This document shows, one piece after another, positions 50,568 through 61,088 of a stretch of DNA of 64,000 nt (position 1 is its first letter; each line of letters starts with the position of its first letter). The stretch is from a virus (lineage: Duplodnaviria; Caudoviricetes), in IMG/VR virus record IMGVR_UViG_3300021256_000072, positions 1 to 64,000 of that record. One strand, given 5' to 3'. The notes beneath the pieces were generated by a model, which ran no database searches, was not told where the DNA came from, and worked only from the letters and a program-made list of their open reading frames with translations. The translations under genes and the position numbers were made by a program.

Positions 50568-52172
50568 TTATAAATAATTAATTGTTTTTCCATTTTTATA
50601 AAAAAGCAAACCTTCACATCCACCTATAATATCCGGAATCCCAATAATATCTACTGGGTAACTATTCTTTCTAAATTTATTAAAAATGGTAGTGAATAGT
50701 TCTTCTTTCTTTTCTATTATTAAAATGTTTCCTTCTTCATAATATTCTCTGTAAAGATCATCATAAGATCCATTACTGTTAAATAGGATGATCTTTCCAT
50801 TTATTTCATCTTTGCTTAAATTTCCACTTTCTACAATATTTCTAGCCCTCTCTGAATAATAAGTCTTTTCATAACCGTAATACATAACGTAATAATTATC
50901 TTCTTTAAGAAGAATTACATTATCATTAAGGATTATTAATTTATCCAGATCATCCTTAGTTAAATAAATTGATGAAGTAGGAGAAGCGCATATATATAAA
51001 TCAGAACTAGTGCTGTAATTATATTGTAAAATAAACCAAGATCCAATTCTTCTATATATTTTTAGATTCTTTACAAACAGCTGAGAAACGTCAATATATA
51101 GATTTAACAATTCTGGACAAGCTAGAACGAAATTATCCCAACCAGCTTCTAATCTAGTAAGCCCAGTTTTAAAAGATCTCTCATTTACTACTAACTCTCC
51201 TTCAGACTCTATAAATCTATCATTAATTACATCATAAATTCTAGATTCTCCATTTACATCTACTAGAATATACCTACCAGAACATGAAATTATTTTCTGA
51301 GTTGTATTTTCTGAAAAAGCCGGAACTACACAGAAACCAGCACTTTTAGTATGAATATCTTGTCCACTAGTTGATCCAATTGGAGTAACTTTACCTTTTG
51401 TGCTAATATCTAAATTATCTCTAGTATAAGCTCTAGGATTTCCAAATAAATTAGCCATCGTCATAGAATAGATTGAATATTTATCATCAACCCACTCTAA
51501 TAATACGATATCAGATCCATTCTTACAGAAAGAATAGTTAGTAAATCCAATTCCATGGGGATCATAATTCTTATTTTTCAGTACATTACAGTGATAAAAC
51601 CCAGAACTAATAATTCCATTAGAAGATGTAACTATGGTCTTATTTCGTTCCAGATCTTCTACGTGTACAGTATAACTAGTCTTTGGTGCAGGAATATTAG
51701 CAAACACTTTTTTACTTGATGTGTACTCGTAATCCTCTTCTCCTAATAAAATTAAGGAAAGATTTGTTACTTTAAGTTGAGAAAGATTACATCCATCAAT
51801 AACAGCACCCAAAGAATTATTTGATGTTGTAGTAATTTTAATTTGGATAGAAATATTCCTAGATAATCCTTGAACATTATTAAATTCAGTGAAACCTATT
51901 GGAGTATTATCTGCCTGTAAATATATTATTAGGTCAAATCCGTTTATTTTTCCATTCTTAAAATTATACTCGAACGTATCTTTTTCAGTTCTTACTAAAT
52001 CAAGATGAGGGCTGCTTAAAATTACCGTACTATAGTAATTTTTCATTCCATACAGAGAGATTTTAGTGCTTAGAAGGGACTGATTAAACAACACTATTTT
52101 TTTACTACTAGAAGCTGTTGCGGCTGACCCTAAAAGCTGAGTCTGAGATCCGCCTGTATTAGGACTTAGCAT
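50568..52172 (-). CDS. Hypothetical protein in baseplate module
   Basis: 534-aa ORF, tightly packed. Confidence 0.65.
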   Translation of the reverse strand: MLSPNTGGSQTQLLGSAATASSSKKIVLFNQSLLSTKISLYGMKNYYSTVILSSPHLDLVRTEKDTFEYNFKNGKINGFDLIIYLQADNTPIGFTEFNNVQGLSRNISIQIKITTTSNNSLGAVIDGCNLSQLKVTNLSLILLGEEDYEYTSSKKVFANIPAPKTSYTVHVEDLERNKTIVTSSNGIISSGFYHCNVLKNKNYDPHGIGFTNYSFCKNGSDIVLLEWVDDKYSIYSMTMANLFGNPRAYTRDNLDISTKGKVTPIGSTSGQDIHTKSAGFCVVPAFSENTTQKIISCSGRYILVDVNGESRIYDVINDRFIESEGELVVNERSFKTGLTRLEAGWDNFVLACPELLNLYIDVSQLFVKNLKIYRRIGSWFILQYNYSTSSDLYICASPTSSIYLTKDDLDKLIILNDNVILLKEDNYYVMYYGYEKTYYSERARNIVESGNLSKDEINGKIILFNSNGSYDDLYREYYEEGNILIIEKKEELFTTIFNKFRKNSYPVDIIGIPDIIGGCEGLLFYKNGKTINYL

Positions 52173-53016
52173 AAGTTAATATACAATTATTTATGATGCA
52201 TTCAGTTACATTAGGGTCCATTGGATAAATTTTAAAAACTCCATCAATAAATTCAGCCTGAACTTTTGAATTAATATCTTGAATGAAGTTTTTACTTTCT
52301 AATGTTAAATTTTGATCATAGTTAAATACAGAAAACGCTATATTTCCAGAATAAATTTTTCCGGAATTCATAGAGTATCTTACATCTAAATTTACACTTC
52401 CACTTAAACCCTGACCGACACTATGCCGAATTATACCGTTAAAATTTATAGTATCTGTATAAACGTCAGATTCTCCAGATATTAAAGTAATGGTAAAAGG
52501 GCGATTATTAACTAGATCCACCCCATTATTTGCAGATGAGATCATAAAGTCAAATCCCACTCTATCATTACTCTCATACAATGAACTATATCGTGCATCT
52601 ATTGAAATTACATCTGCGGTTGATAATGTTTGTTCATCCGTAAACTCAATACCATCAGAGAACTTGGATACATCCTGAGAAATAGGGTGAATTATAGTAG
52701 GTACTTCTCCACCTCCTAATGCTTTCGGATTTAATTTTATTTTAAAAGTATTGTCATTCTCTGCATAACTAAGGCCCTCTCTAAAATAAGACTTAGCAGA
52801 AAGGGCCCGAGTTAGTTCAGAGCATTTTATCGATCTGAACTGAGATGAATTATTTAATAAAGTAACAATTTCATCGTCAGTCTCTTTATCGTATGGAAGG
52901 TAAACAAATCCATTCTCTGTTATACTTATTTCACCGGGATTAGGTCTTTGATCAGTTATTATTCCCAAGTGATCAATATATCCAGGAACAGTATTAGTGT
53001 CAAGTTTACTGCTCAT
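52159..53016 (-). CDS. Hypothetical protein in baseplate module
   Basis: 285-aa ORF overlapping its neighbours. Confidence 0.65.
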   Translation of the reverse strand: MSSKLDTNTVPGYIDHLGIITDQRPNPGEISITENGFVYLPYDKETDDEIVTLLNNSSQFRSIKCSELTRALSAKSYFREGLSYAENDNTFKIKLNPKALGGGEVPTIIHPISQDVSKFSDGIEFTDEQTLSTADVISIDARYSSLYESNDRVGFDFMISSANNGVDLVNNRPFTITLISGESDVYTDTINFNGIIRHSVGQGLSGSVNLDVRYSMNSGKIYSGNIAFSVFNYDQNLTLESKNFIQDINSKVQAEFIDGVFKIYPMDPNVTECIINNCILTYAKS

Positions 53017-54229
53017 TATTTTTCTTGTAATAAATGTTTGTAATTACTGACCCAAGAACATCATTATTATCCGTTACTGAAAACAAAATTCCAACATTTT
53101 CATCAGTAGTTTTCGTTGCAGTAATATAGGTTGAATCAGAAAGATAATAAGACTTAGGCCCGTTATTAATTTCAAGAGCTTCTATTGTGACATTATAATT
53201 TCTATAAAGACCTGTTCGAAGCTGAGAAGAAACAACTACCGTATAAAGACATCCTCCCAAATTATTACTATCTCCAGTTCCAGATTGATCATTAATCCAC
53301 ACATTAGATAGTGGATAATAATTAGGATCTGGGATAAGTGTAGATAATGGATAAATAGTTTTAAAAGTAGACCCTTCAACTGACAAAATTTTAACATAGT
53401 TATCATACATTTCTTGATAACTATTATGAAGTGCAGTTAGAGTAGTTTTTACAGCTCCATTACCTATAGACACTCTTTTCCAAGCTGAAGCTATAGGAAA
53501 AACGTAAGTCCCATCTTCATCAGAAACGCCGTTTGAGTATCTAATGAAAATATCTCCATAAACAGGGTCAATTAATTCTTGGGTTCTTCTTCTGACTGTT
53601 GATCCATTTGATGAAGTGTAGTCATAAGTATACTGTCTTAATATAACTACAGTATTATCTACATTATCTGACGAATAATAATTCTTTGAAGACTCTATAG
53701 TATCAGGATCAGTAACAAAAAGGCCTGGAAAAAAATCTCTAGAAACTTTTAAAACACCATTATTTAAAGCAGGTTCTTGAAGTATTACATTAACAGGATC
53801 ATTCGCTTTATCCAAATCTTTAATCCCATTGACAAGATAATCTATTCCTGTCTCAGTCTTTAAAATATAATTATCTACAATGCCATTAGTCGATACCCCA
53901 AAATACAGTCTTTGGAGAATATCATAAAGGGCGTGCATCGATATAAATTTATCCTCAAGCTGACTATCGTCCTCGTTATTCTTCATCTTTTCTGCAAATT
54001 CGAAATACTCATCTGCAGTCGATATCATTTCCCCCGGATAAACTTTAAAATTCTCTTTATCTGTTTCAGGATCCCTTCCCATAACAGTAAAGTTTTCTTT
54101 GTTTGTTGGATTTCCTGCAGTACAACGATAAATACAGTCACCTTTTGCTATTAAATCCCCTTTTTCATATTCTGCAGAAGCTGACCAGATAAAAAATGAG
54201 ATCAAGCTTCTTCCATTATTCATTAACAT
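53006..54229 (-). CDS. Hypothetical protein with N-terminal CBM5/12-like motif
   Basis: WSASAEYEKGDLIAKGDCIYRC. Confidence 0.6.
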   Translation of the reverse strand: MLMNNGRSLISFFIWSASAEYEKGDLIAKGDCIYRCTAGNPTNKENFTVMGRDPETDKENFKVYPGEMISTADEYFEFAEKMKNNEDDSQLEDKFISMHALYDILQRLYFGVSTNGIVDNYILKTETGIDYLVNGIKDLDKANDPVNVILQEPALNNGVLKVSRDFFPGLFVTDPDTIESSKNYYSSDNVDNTVVILRQYTYDYTSSNGSTVRRRTQELIDPVYGDIFIRYSNGVSDEDGTYVFPIASAWKRVSIGNGAVKTTLTALHNSYQEMYDNYVKILSVEGSTFKTIYPLSTLIPDPNYYPLSNVWINDQSGTGDSNNLGGCLYTVVVSSQLRTGLYRNYNVTIEALEINNGPKSYYLSDSTYITATKTTDENVGILFSVTDNNDVLGSVITNIYYKKNNEQ

Positions 54230-54233
54230 AAAA

Positions 54234-56303
54234 TTAATCTACAATAAATATTTTTAGATTTTCTACTATGCTTGGAATAGTAATAGAATACATTCCATTT
54301 TCATCCAGCACTATACTAGTATTATTTATAGAATAGTTATATAACAAATTCTCTCCAGTTTCATCATAAACAGTTATTCTCTTTAATGGAGCTGAAGGAT
54401 TTATGGAGTAAAATCTAATAGTTAGAGGCTTGTTATAATAACCAATAGGACAAGTATCTTCAACCTCCCAATTCTCCGTATTATAGAAGACTCTACAATT
54501 GTAATTTCTATCTTCCACAATAATAGTGTAAATAACTTCAGATGATATTTCTCTATCTATGAAATCATCATCTTGTTTCTCTAAAGCTACCTCTTTTGTT
54601 GTTAAGTCAGAATAAGTATAGGTTGCATTGATACCTTTAACGTCCAAAGCTTTCGTATTAATTCCAGAAACCCCAATATTAGTTAATGAGCTAATTGCTG
54701 ATAAATTATTTAATATCTCTGGATCTGATATAATTTTACCATTTAATACTACATCCGCTCCTGATATAAAATCATTTCCAGGATATTTCTGTAATCTAGG
54801 CGTATCAAATAAACTATAATATTTATCTCTATACAAAACTCGGATAATACACTTCTTACTTTTGACCTCAGGAGAGATAATTATTTTCCCAGTTTCTAGA
54901 ATTTTTTCCCAATCGATGATTTTTATTTTTCTAGTCACTTTTCCACTAGTAGATAAAGTTTCCTGGTATTCAAAATCAGTATCCTTTATCAAATTAGCTT
55001 TACCGGTTCTTAATACATCTGGCTTATTATTAAATGTGTATTGGTTCAGTTCAAAGCCATACTCAGGAATAAATTCAAAAGAGATAGGAGAGCCAGAATC
55101 ATAAACCAGATAACTTTTTGATGTGTGTCCTGAAATAATAGGAGTAATAACTAAGTCAATAGTTTTAGTAAATGAATTATCAAACTCCGTCTTTAACATC
55201 CATAATGGCGAGACAAGTGGCTGATTACCTTTATTATTATCAGACAAACTAACGTACTCTAATTTTCCAACTAAAGTAACATCGCCTTTTGAATAGGTAT
55301 GATCTTGAGAATACTGAGTCTTAATTCTAGCTAAGTCCTTTTTTAAATCTAATAATGGCGTATTAGTCATTTTTTGATTTCCTAAAAGAGTTCCAGTAGT
55401 TAAATCATATAAATTACCATCCCTTACGCTTACTTGATTTATGCTATTCACACTTCCGTACCATTCATCATTCCTAAGTGCAATCGTATTTAAATTTCTC
55501 AAAGGGTCTTTTGATTCATAAAAACAAGATTGTGGAATATCAACAGAAAAATTCTCTACATTACCAAGAGAAGATACGAGAGTTACTATTTTGGTACAAG
55601 TTATTTCCTCGATTAATTCTCTATATTCTTGTGCTGTAGTAAGAACCTTCATTTCTTCAGGCTTAGAGTTATTTCCGTAGTAAAACTTATCTGGATTCAA
55701 TATATTATCATCAGTAGGCCCTAAATAAATAGAAATGATAGGTCTCTTGATAAAATTTACAGCACACTTATTTTCGAAATCAGCATCTAAAATACTATGA
55801 CCGTTTTTACTATTTCCTTCTCCTTGTGATAAAGAGAGAATGCTATCATACAATTCTATCTTATAACAATTTTCTGGAGCGTGAAACTGATAAACTACTC
55901 TTCCTCCTGATAAAATCTTAGACTTAAAATAACCTATAGTATCTGTATCTTCAGTTTTATCAACATAAATGGTAGAGATAGCATATTTAGAAATTTTCTC
56001 TATATCTCCTGGATCATTTCCTATAATTTCTCTAGTCTTGTCTCCATAGAGATCCATTATGTTATAGTCTGAATATTTTCCTTTATCTGGAGATAGCTTA
56101 TAGTTATACTCTTTAAAATCTTTTAAATCTATCGAACTGCTAGAAGATTTGTATTGAATGATCTCAGCCTGTGGAACTAAATCTTCTGGAACAAAATATC
56201 CAGAGGTTACATCCCACTTAGGAGGGAATAGTAAATTTCCTTTCCAGGTATAGTATATAGCAGTAACAACATTATCTAGGTTTCCTAATACTTCTATTCT
56301 CAT
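54234..56303 (-). CDS. Probable baseplate protein with internal CBM5/12-like motif
   Basis: YSQDHTYSKGDVTLVGKLEYVSLSDNNKGNQP....W. Confidence 0.6.
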   Translation of the reverse strand: MRIEVLGNLDNVVTAIYYTWKGNLLFPPKWDVTSGYFVPEDLVPQAEIIQYKSSSSSIDLKDFKEYNYKLSPDKGKYSDYNIMDLYGDKTREIIGNDPGDIEKISKYAISTIYVDKTEDTDTIGYFKSKILSGGRVVYQFHAPENCYKIELYDSILSLSQGEGNSKNGHSILDADFENKCAVNFIKRPIISIYLGPTDDNILNPDKFYYGNNSKPEEMKVLTTAQEYRELIEEITCTKIVTLVSSLGNVENFSVDIPQSCFYESKDPLRNLNTIALRNDEWYGSVNSINQVSVRDGNLYDLTTGTLLGNQKMTNTPLLDLKKDLARIKTQYSQDHTYSKGDVTLVGKLEYVSLSDNNKGNQPLVSPLWMLKTEFDNSFTKTIDLVITPIISGHTSKSYLVYDSGSPISFEFIPEYGFELNQYTFNNKPDVLRTGKANLIKDTDFEYQETLSTSGKVTRKIKIIDWEKILETGKIIISPEVKSKKCIIRVLYRDKYYSLFDTPRLQKYPGNDFISGADVVLNGKIISDPEILNNLSAISSLTNIGVSGINTKALDVKGINATYTYSDLTTKEVALEKQDDDFIDREISSEVIYTIIVEDRNYNCRVFYNTENWEVEDTCPIGYYNKPLTIRFYSINPSAPLKRITVYDETGENLLYNYSINNTSIVLDENGMYSITIPSIVENLKIFIVD

Positions 56304-56842
56304 ACTTGCTTAATTGTTATTGTTTTATAATGATGTATGTCACTACCAGCATGAACTTTAGTACTAACCTTGTGATCTATTACTAAGTTAACTGAACCAA
56401 GATCTGTTTTAAAATCTTCAAAGTACAATAATTCTTCTAAAAACAACAATAAAGAATTATAGTAAAGGGTTTCATCTACTAAAGTATCTTCAGAAGGAAA
56501 AATTGATATCGTTTTGGCATCATAAATAATCTCCTTCTCATTAAAACCTAGATACTTTATCATATATTCTAAAACTCTCTGGGTTCCTTTCACTGAATAA
56601 AACAATGCAGTTAAGTAATTTACTACATCTGCATAATTCTGTATACCAGTAGCAAACATTTCTGCTTCAGAGTCTAGTCTCATGTAGATAAATTTCTTAA
56701 CAGGATCAGTACATTTATCTTGATTTATGCCATCAGAAGACAGTTTTTCCTCGACCTTTTCTGAATTATAGGCAGATAATAACTTCGCTAATTGATCTAC
56801 TACAGTCAGGTTACGAAGGTGTTTTGGAATAAATATTTTCAT
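56300..56842 (-). CDS. Baseplate wedge protein (gpI/gp7-like)
   Basis: LFYSVKGTQRVLEY motif; position right after the large wedge gene. Confidence 0.55.
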   Translation of the reverse strand: MKIFIPKHLRNLTVVDQLAKLLSAYNSEKVEEKLSSDGINQDKCTDPVKKFIYMRLDSEAEMFATGIQNYADVVNYLTALFYSVKGTQRVLEYMIKYLGFNEKEIIYDAKTISIFPSEDTLVDETLYYNSLLLFLEELLYFEDFKTDLGSVNLVIDHKVSTKVHAGSDIHHYKTITIKQV

Positions 56843-56844
56843 TT

Positions 56845-58326
56845 TTATTTTTCAGATGAAGTTATAATTGAACTTATATTGAAATAAGTTTTTGATAGAT
56901 CTTTATTTACAGTCTCTTCACTAACTTCTTCGCCATTCTCAAGGTAAGTTATTGAGATACTTGATACCTCTCGAATATTTGAAATTTTGTCTAAAGTACT
57001 CCTTATTAAAGATAAACTAGTAGCCAAATTTATATTAAACTCTTTAGAATATTCGTCTAAGATATTATTAACTTCTTCATCAACAGGATCAGAAATATCT
57101 ACAAGACTCAGCTTTATATTAAACACTGCATCATAGCTCTTTCCTTCCCTAACTAGAATATTATCGGTTACAAAATATCCCTTTCTATTTTCTCTAAAGT
57201 TATTCACATCAGAAGTAGTTAATTTTGTTTCACCTCTAGGAATATAGAATATTGTAAATTCAGTAGTAGAGTTATTATATTCATAGTAAGTACTTTTCAC
57301 TTTCTCTGGATATAACTCTTTTAAAAGTGCTCCTAAATCTGAATTACTACGAATAATAGAATTTAGATATCTTTCCTTATTTGCATTATAATGAGTAGAT
57401 ACTACCGATTCTCTATTCTTCCCATCGATAAATAATATACCTGGATAAATCTCAGAATCAGAACCGTATCCTCTCGACTCTAACCAACTAGTACCATCAG
57501 AAGTAGTTAATTCAGAGAAAGAGATTAGCTCAGTTCCTTTAAGTCGAACCTTCTTTAATTCAGACTCATTATATTCACTTAATGTAGTGTACTTAAAATA
57601 TCTTGCACTAAGTTTTGTACTGGCGCTATCATCTATAACTCCTGAAAAATATAACCTAGAACCGAAGTCAGGTAAAGTTAGATCGAATATTCTTTTATAC
57701 TCTATATGATCAGAAAAATGTCTAGTTACTGGTACATATCCAGCCTCCCCATCAATCTTTACATACATATCATTACTTAAGTCAGAACTAGTATTGCAAT
57801 TTACGTAATAAGGATTTGAAGATGTAATCACCCAATCTTTATCTACAACCTCTTTAGCTAGAAGTCCTATAATGATAAAAGTTTCCTCATTAGCTATGTC
57901 TGAAACGTTGATTGATAAAGGGGCATAAGTAAATCCTTCTTCAATAGACACAGCCTCAGAACCAGCTTTAGATTCGCCGACGTTTTCATTATAGTATCCT
58001 AAATAATATATTTTAAAATTATTAGATACTACTATTTCGTCAAATAAGTTAAAGGATTGGATTCTATCTGGCTTGAATCTCATTATTACTCTAGGGCAGG
58101 TTCCCCTAAAGACTGAATACATCTGATTTATACAATGAACTATTTTCGAATTCATAAAAGTAGCTGTCTCCAAACTAGCTTCTCTTGCATAAGTTATATT
58201 CTGAACTTCTTCAATATAGGAAGCATTGGCAAGTAACTGTACAAGGAGTTCTACACTATCTCCCTGTAAATTCAAATCAGACGCAATTTGTCTATATAAT
58301 GTTTTGTATTCTAACAGTGATTTCAT
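56845..58326 (-). CDS. Baseplate wedge subunit (gpJ/gp6-like)
   Basis: LLVQLLA...REASLETATFMNS...MYS N-terminal pattern; follows the gp25-like gene. Confidence 0.6.
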   Translation of the reverse strand: MKSLLEYKTLYRQIASDLNLQGDSVELLVQLLANASYIEEVQNITYAREASLETATFMNSKIVHCINQMYSVFRGTCPRVIMRFKPDRIQSFNLFDEIVVSNNFKIYYLGYYNENVGESKAGSEAVSIEEGFTYAPLSINVSDIANEETFIIIGLLAKEVVDKDWVITSSNPYYVNCNTSSDLSNDMYVKIDGEAGYVPVTRHFSDHIEYKRIFDLTLPDFGSRLYFSGVIDDSASTKLSARYFKYTTLSEYNESELKKVRLKGTELISFSELTTSDGTSWLESRGYGSDSEIYPGILFIDGKNRESVVSTHYNANKERYLNSIIRSNSDLGALLKELYPEKVKSTYYEYNNSTTEFTIFYIPRGETKLTTSDVNNFRENRKGYFVTDNILVREGKSYDAVFNIKLSLVDISDPVDEEVNNILDEYSKEFNINLATSLSLIRSTLDKISNIREVSSISITYLENGEEVSEETVNKDLSKTYFNISSIITSSEK

Positions 58327-58331
58327 CTTAC

Positions 58332-58676
58332 TTAATTAAATAAAGTTAGATTAATATTATCAGTTACAGTTCCACCAGCAGTTACTGTAATTACTAAATT
58401 AGCAGTTTCTTCATTAATAATATCTAAAGAATTTACTGAAATGTCTATATCATTTCCGTGCTTAGATCTTATCTTTTGAATTAATGAAGACACTCTTTTA
58501 TTCAACTCTGACCTTAAATCTGACTTCATTACATTAGTTAAAGTAAAATCAAATCCAAGTGAAGAATTACCAGGAATATCTCCCGGATTTACAGTAAGAT
58601 ATATCTTAAATTGATCTAATATATACAACTCTAATTTATAGGTGGACTTTCCTGTAGATAATAAGTATTTTTCCAT
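58332..58676 (-). CDS. gp25-like baseplate/sheath initiator protein
   Basis: 114 aa, LTVNPGDIPGNSSLGFD motif, first gene of the wedge cluster. Confidence 0.55.
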   Translation of the reverse strand: MEKYLLSTGKSTYKLELYILDQFKIYLTVNPGDIPGNSSLGFDFTLTNVMKSDLRSELNKRVSSLIQKIRSKHGNDIDISVNSLDIINEETANLVITVTAGGTVTDNINLTLFN

Positions 58677-58826
58677 AATAAATTCAGTTTTCTTTATTTT
58701 CTATTATAAGGGTGAAGTATAAAATTTATTAAAGAGCAAAAGGCAGTCCCGTCGAACCGACAATAAGGAGCATTTCCTATATAATTTCAACATAAAACAA
58801 AATAAAGAAAAAAAAAGAATAAACTA

Positions 58827-58936
58827 TCATAAAGACCTCAACCCTCCACGCCATTTCAAAAATTTATTCGGCTATGCCTCAAAAATTTTTTAAAAGCCTT
58901 GAGGTCTTTATGAAGTACGAATATTTCATATTCGTA
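58827..58936. repeat. Nested inverted repeats upstream of the helicase-like gene
   Basis: 15-bp perfect IR tcataaagacctcaa (58827-58841) / ttgaggtctttatga (58899-58913); second IR tacgaatat-ttc-atattcgta (58916-58936). Confidence 0.8.
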
Positions 58937-59117
58937 TGAAACTTGAAGAAGATATTTAGATTTCTATTAAAGGAAAATAGGAAAAATTCTTTATTTTTTC
59001 ACTATTTTTATGTAAATATATAATATAGTATAATAAAAATAAAGAATGATTGATTATATCCTTTTATCTCTTTATATATGAAGAAATCAATTCGGAAATA
59101 CTCCCAATTGTCTTGTT

Positions 59118-61088
59118 ATGAAAAAGGTAAAAATTAATGTTCCATCTGGAATTAGGTTTATTAGTGAGTGGAATGGGTTTAAACTTCCTGAATCTCCTAG
59201 TATTATAAATAAACAAGTCACTGGATGTGGTTTTACAGAGTATTGTATCTTATCTCCGGATAACGTGATTTTATGTTCTCCAAGAAAGATTTTACTAGAG
59301 AACAAAGAAGATCAACATCCTGAGGTTCTCTATGTTAAAAATGATTTAGAAGTTCCAGTACCAGTTGACAAAGATCTAACTTGCGAAAAACCTACGTCTT
59401 CTGATGATGTAGCAATTTCTCAAAATGCCGAGATCTTGAAGAAAATTGAGATAATAAAACAACAGGTTCGACAATATGCTATGCAGAGAAAACTGGCAAA
59501 TGAACCTATAAAAATATTAGTTACTTACGATTCATTCAGGTACGTAAAAGATGCTATAGGAGACCTTTCAGACTTTTATGTAGTTGTTGATGAGTTTCAG
59601 AGTATATTCACTGATAGCAAGTTTAAGTCTACAACTGAGTTAGAGTTTCTTCGACACATAGGAAATATTCAAAAAGTCTGTTTCGCTTCGGCTACTCCAA
59701 TGATCGATAAATATCTAAATATGCTTGATGAATTTAAAGATCTTCCATACTACGAATTGGATTGGGGAAAAGAAGAGCCTGATAGAATAACTGAACCTTA
59801 TATAGAGCTGTATCCAAGTAGAAGTATTCTTCAAGAAGCTGTAGAAGTTGTTAAGTCTTATAAAGAAGGCCGATTTGATAAACACGTATTACCAGATCTT
59901 ACGGAAGTAGAAAGTAAGGAGTGTGTTATTTATGTCAATTCGGTTAAGAATATTTGTGATATAGTTAAAAAGGCTGGATTGACAATAGATGAGACTAATA
60001 TAATATGCTCAAGAACTCCAGAGAATGAAAAGAAACTAAGGACATTATTCGGGCTACCTAAAGATCAATCAGCTATAGGAAAAGTGCCATTAATGCACAT
60101 GCCAAGAAAAATGTTTACTTTATGTACTAGAACAGTTTATCTAGGAGCTGATTTTTATAGTCCTTGTGCTAAAACTTATATCTTCAGTGATGCTAATATA
60201 GATTGTCTTGCTGTGGATATTACGCTTGACCTCCCTCAAATAATGGGAAGACAGAGAATGAAAGAAAATCCGTGGAAAGATTGTGCTGATTTATATTTCC
60301 GTCCGATTAAGTCTACAGAAACCTGGGATGAGTTTTTAGCTAAGCTCAATAAAAAGGTAGAAAAAACTAACTCTCTTCTTAAATCGTATGAAGAAGTGAC
60401 AGATAAACATACTCTAGCTGAAACTTATCAATATGTAGCTAAAAGTGCAAACTATAAAGATAATTATATTGCAGTAAACAAACATGCTGGAAAAGATCTT
60501 GTTCCGGTATTTAATAATCTAGTAATGGTGTCTGAAATGAGATCATTCGAAATTCAACAAATAGATTATAAAGACAGGTTTACAGTTCTTTTAGCGGTTA
60601 AAGATCAAGGGTGTAGAGCAAGTAGCAATAGAATAAATGAATATGTAAGAAATTTTGATATTGCTAATAACTTTATAGATAAAATGAAGTATCTGTGTTC
60701 TCTGGATATTGATCAAGAAGAGTGGGTAAAATTAGAGAAACGAATCCCAATAGAGTATAGAAATTATATCAATGTTCTAGGAAGAGATAAAATAAAATCG
60801 TTAAGTTATCAAAAATCAAAACTAGAAGCTGAATACTGCAGATTGAAGTCAAATCAAAATATTCAGTGTATGTTAGAGAACTTAATATACTCGGCTTTTA
60901 TTGTCGGAGAAAGGTATCCTAAATCTTGGATTAAAGAAAAGTTAGGAGAAATTTATGAGCAAGTCGGATATAAATTAACTCCAAAAGCTACAGATCTCGA
61001 GCGGTATTTTAAAATAAAAGCTGTAAATTATATTGATAAAAAGACCAAGAAAAAAGAAAACGGATATAATATAATTAATAAATTATGA
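59118..61088 (+). CDS. SF2 (DExx-box) helicase-like protein
   Basis: Degenerate Walker A VTGCGFT, VVDEFQ, SAT, YLGADF, QIMGRQR. Confidence 0.75.
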   Translation: MKKVKINVPSGIRFISEWNGFKLPESPSIINKQVTGCGFTEYCILSPDNVILCSPRKILLENKEDQHPEVLYVKNDLEVPVPVDKDLTCEKPTSSDDVAISQNAEILKKIEIIKQQVRQYAMQRKLANEPIKILVTYDSFRYVKDAIGDLSDFYVVVDEFQSIFTDSKFKSTTELEFLRHIGNIQKVCFASATPMIDKYLNMLDEFKDLPYYELDWGKEEPDRITEPYIELYPSRSILQEAVEVVKSYKEGRFDKHVLPDLTEVESKECVIYVNSVKNICDIVKKAGLTIDETNIICSRTPENEKKLRTLFGLPKDQSAIGKVPLMHMPRKMFTLCTRTVYLGADFYSPCAKTYIFSDANIDCLAVDITLDLPQIMGRQRMKENPWKDCADLYFRPIKSTETWDEFLAKLNKKVEKTNSLLKSYEEVTDKHTLAETYQYVAKSANYKDNYIAVNKHAGKDLVPVFNNLVMVSEMRSFEIQQIDYKDRFTVLLAVKDQGCRASSNRINEYVRNFDIANNFIDKMKYLCSLDIDQEEWVKLEKRIPIEYRNYINVLGRDKIKSLSYQKSKLEAEYCRLKSNQNIQCMLENLIYSAFIVGERYPKSWIKEKLGEIYEQVGYKLTPKATDLERYFKIKAVNYIDKKTKKKENGYNIINKL

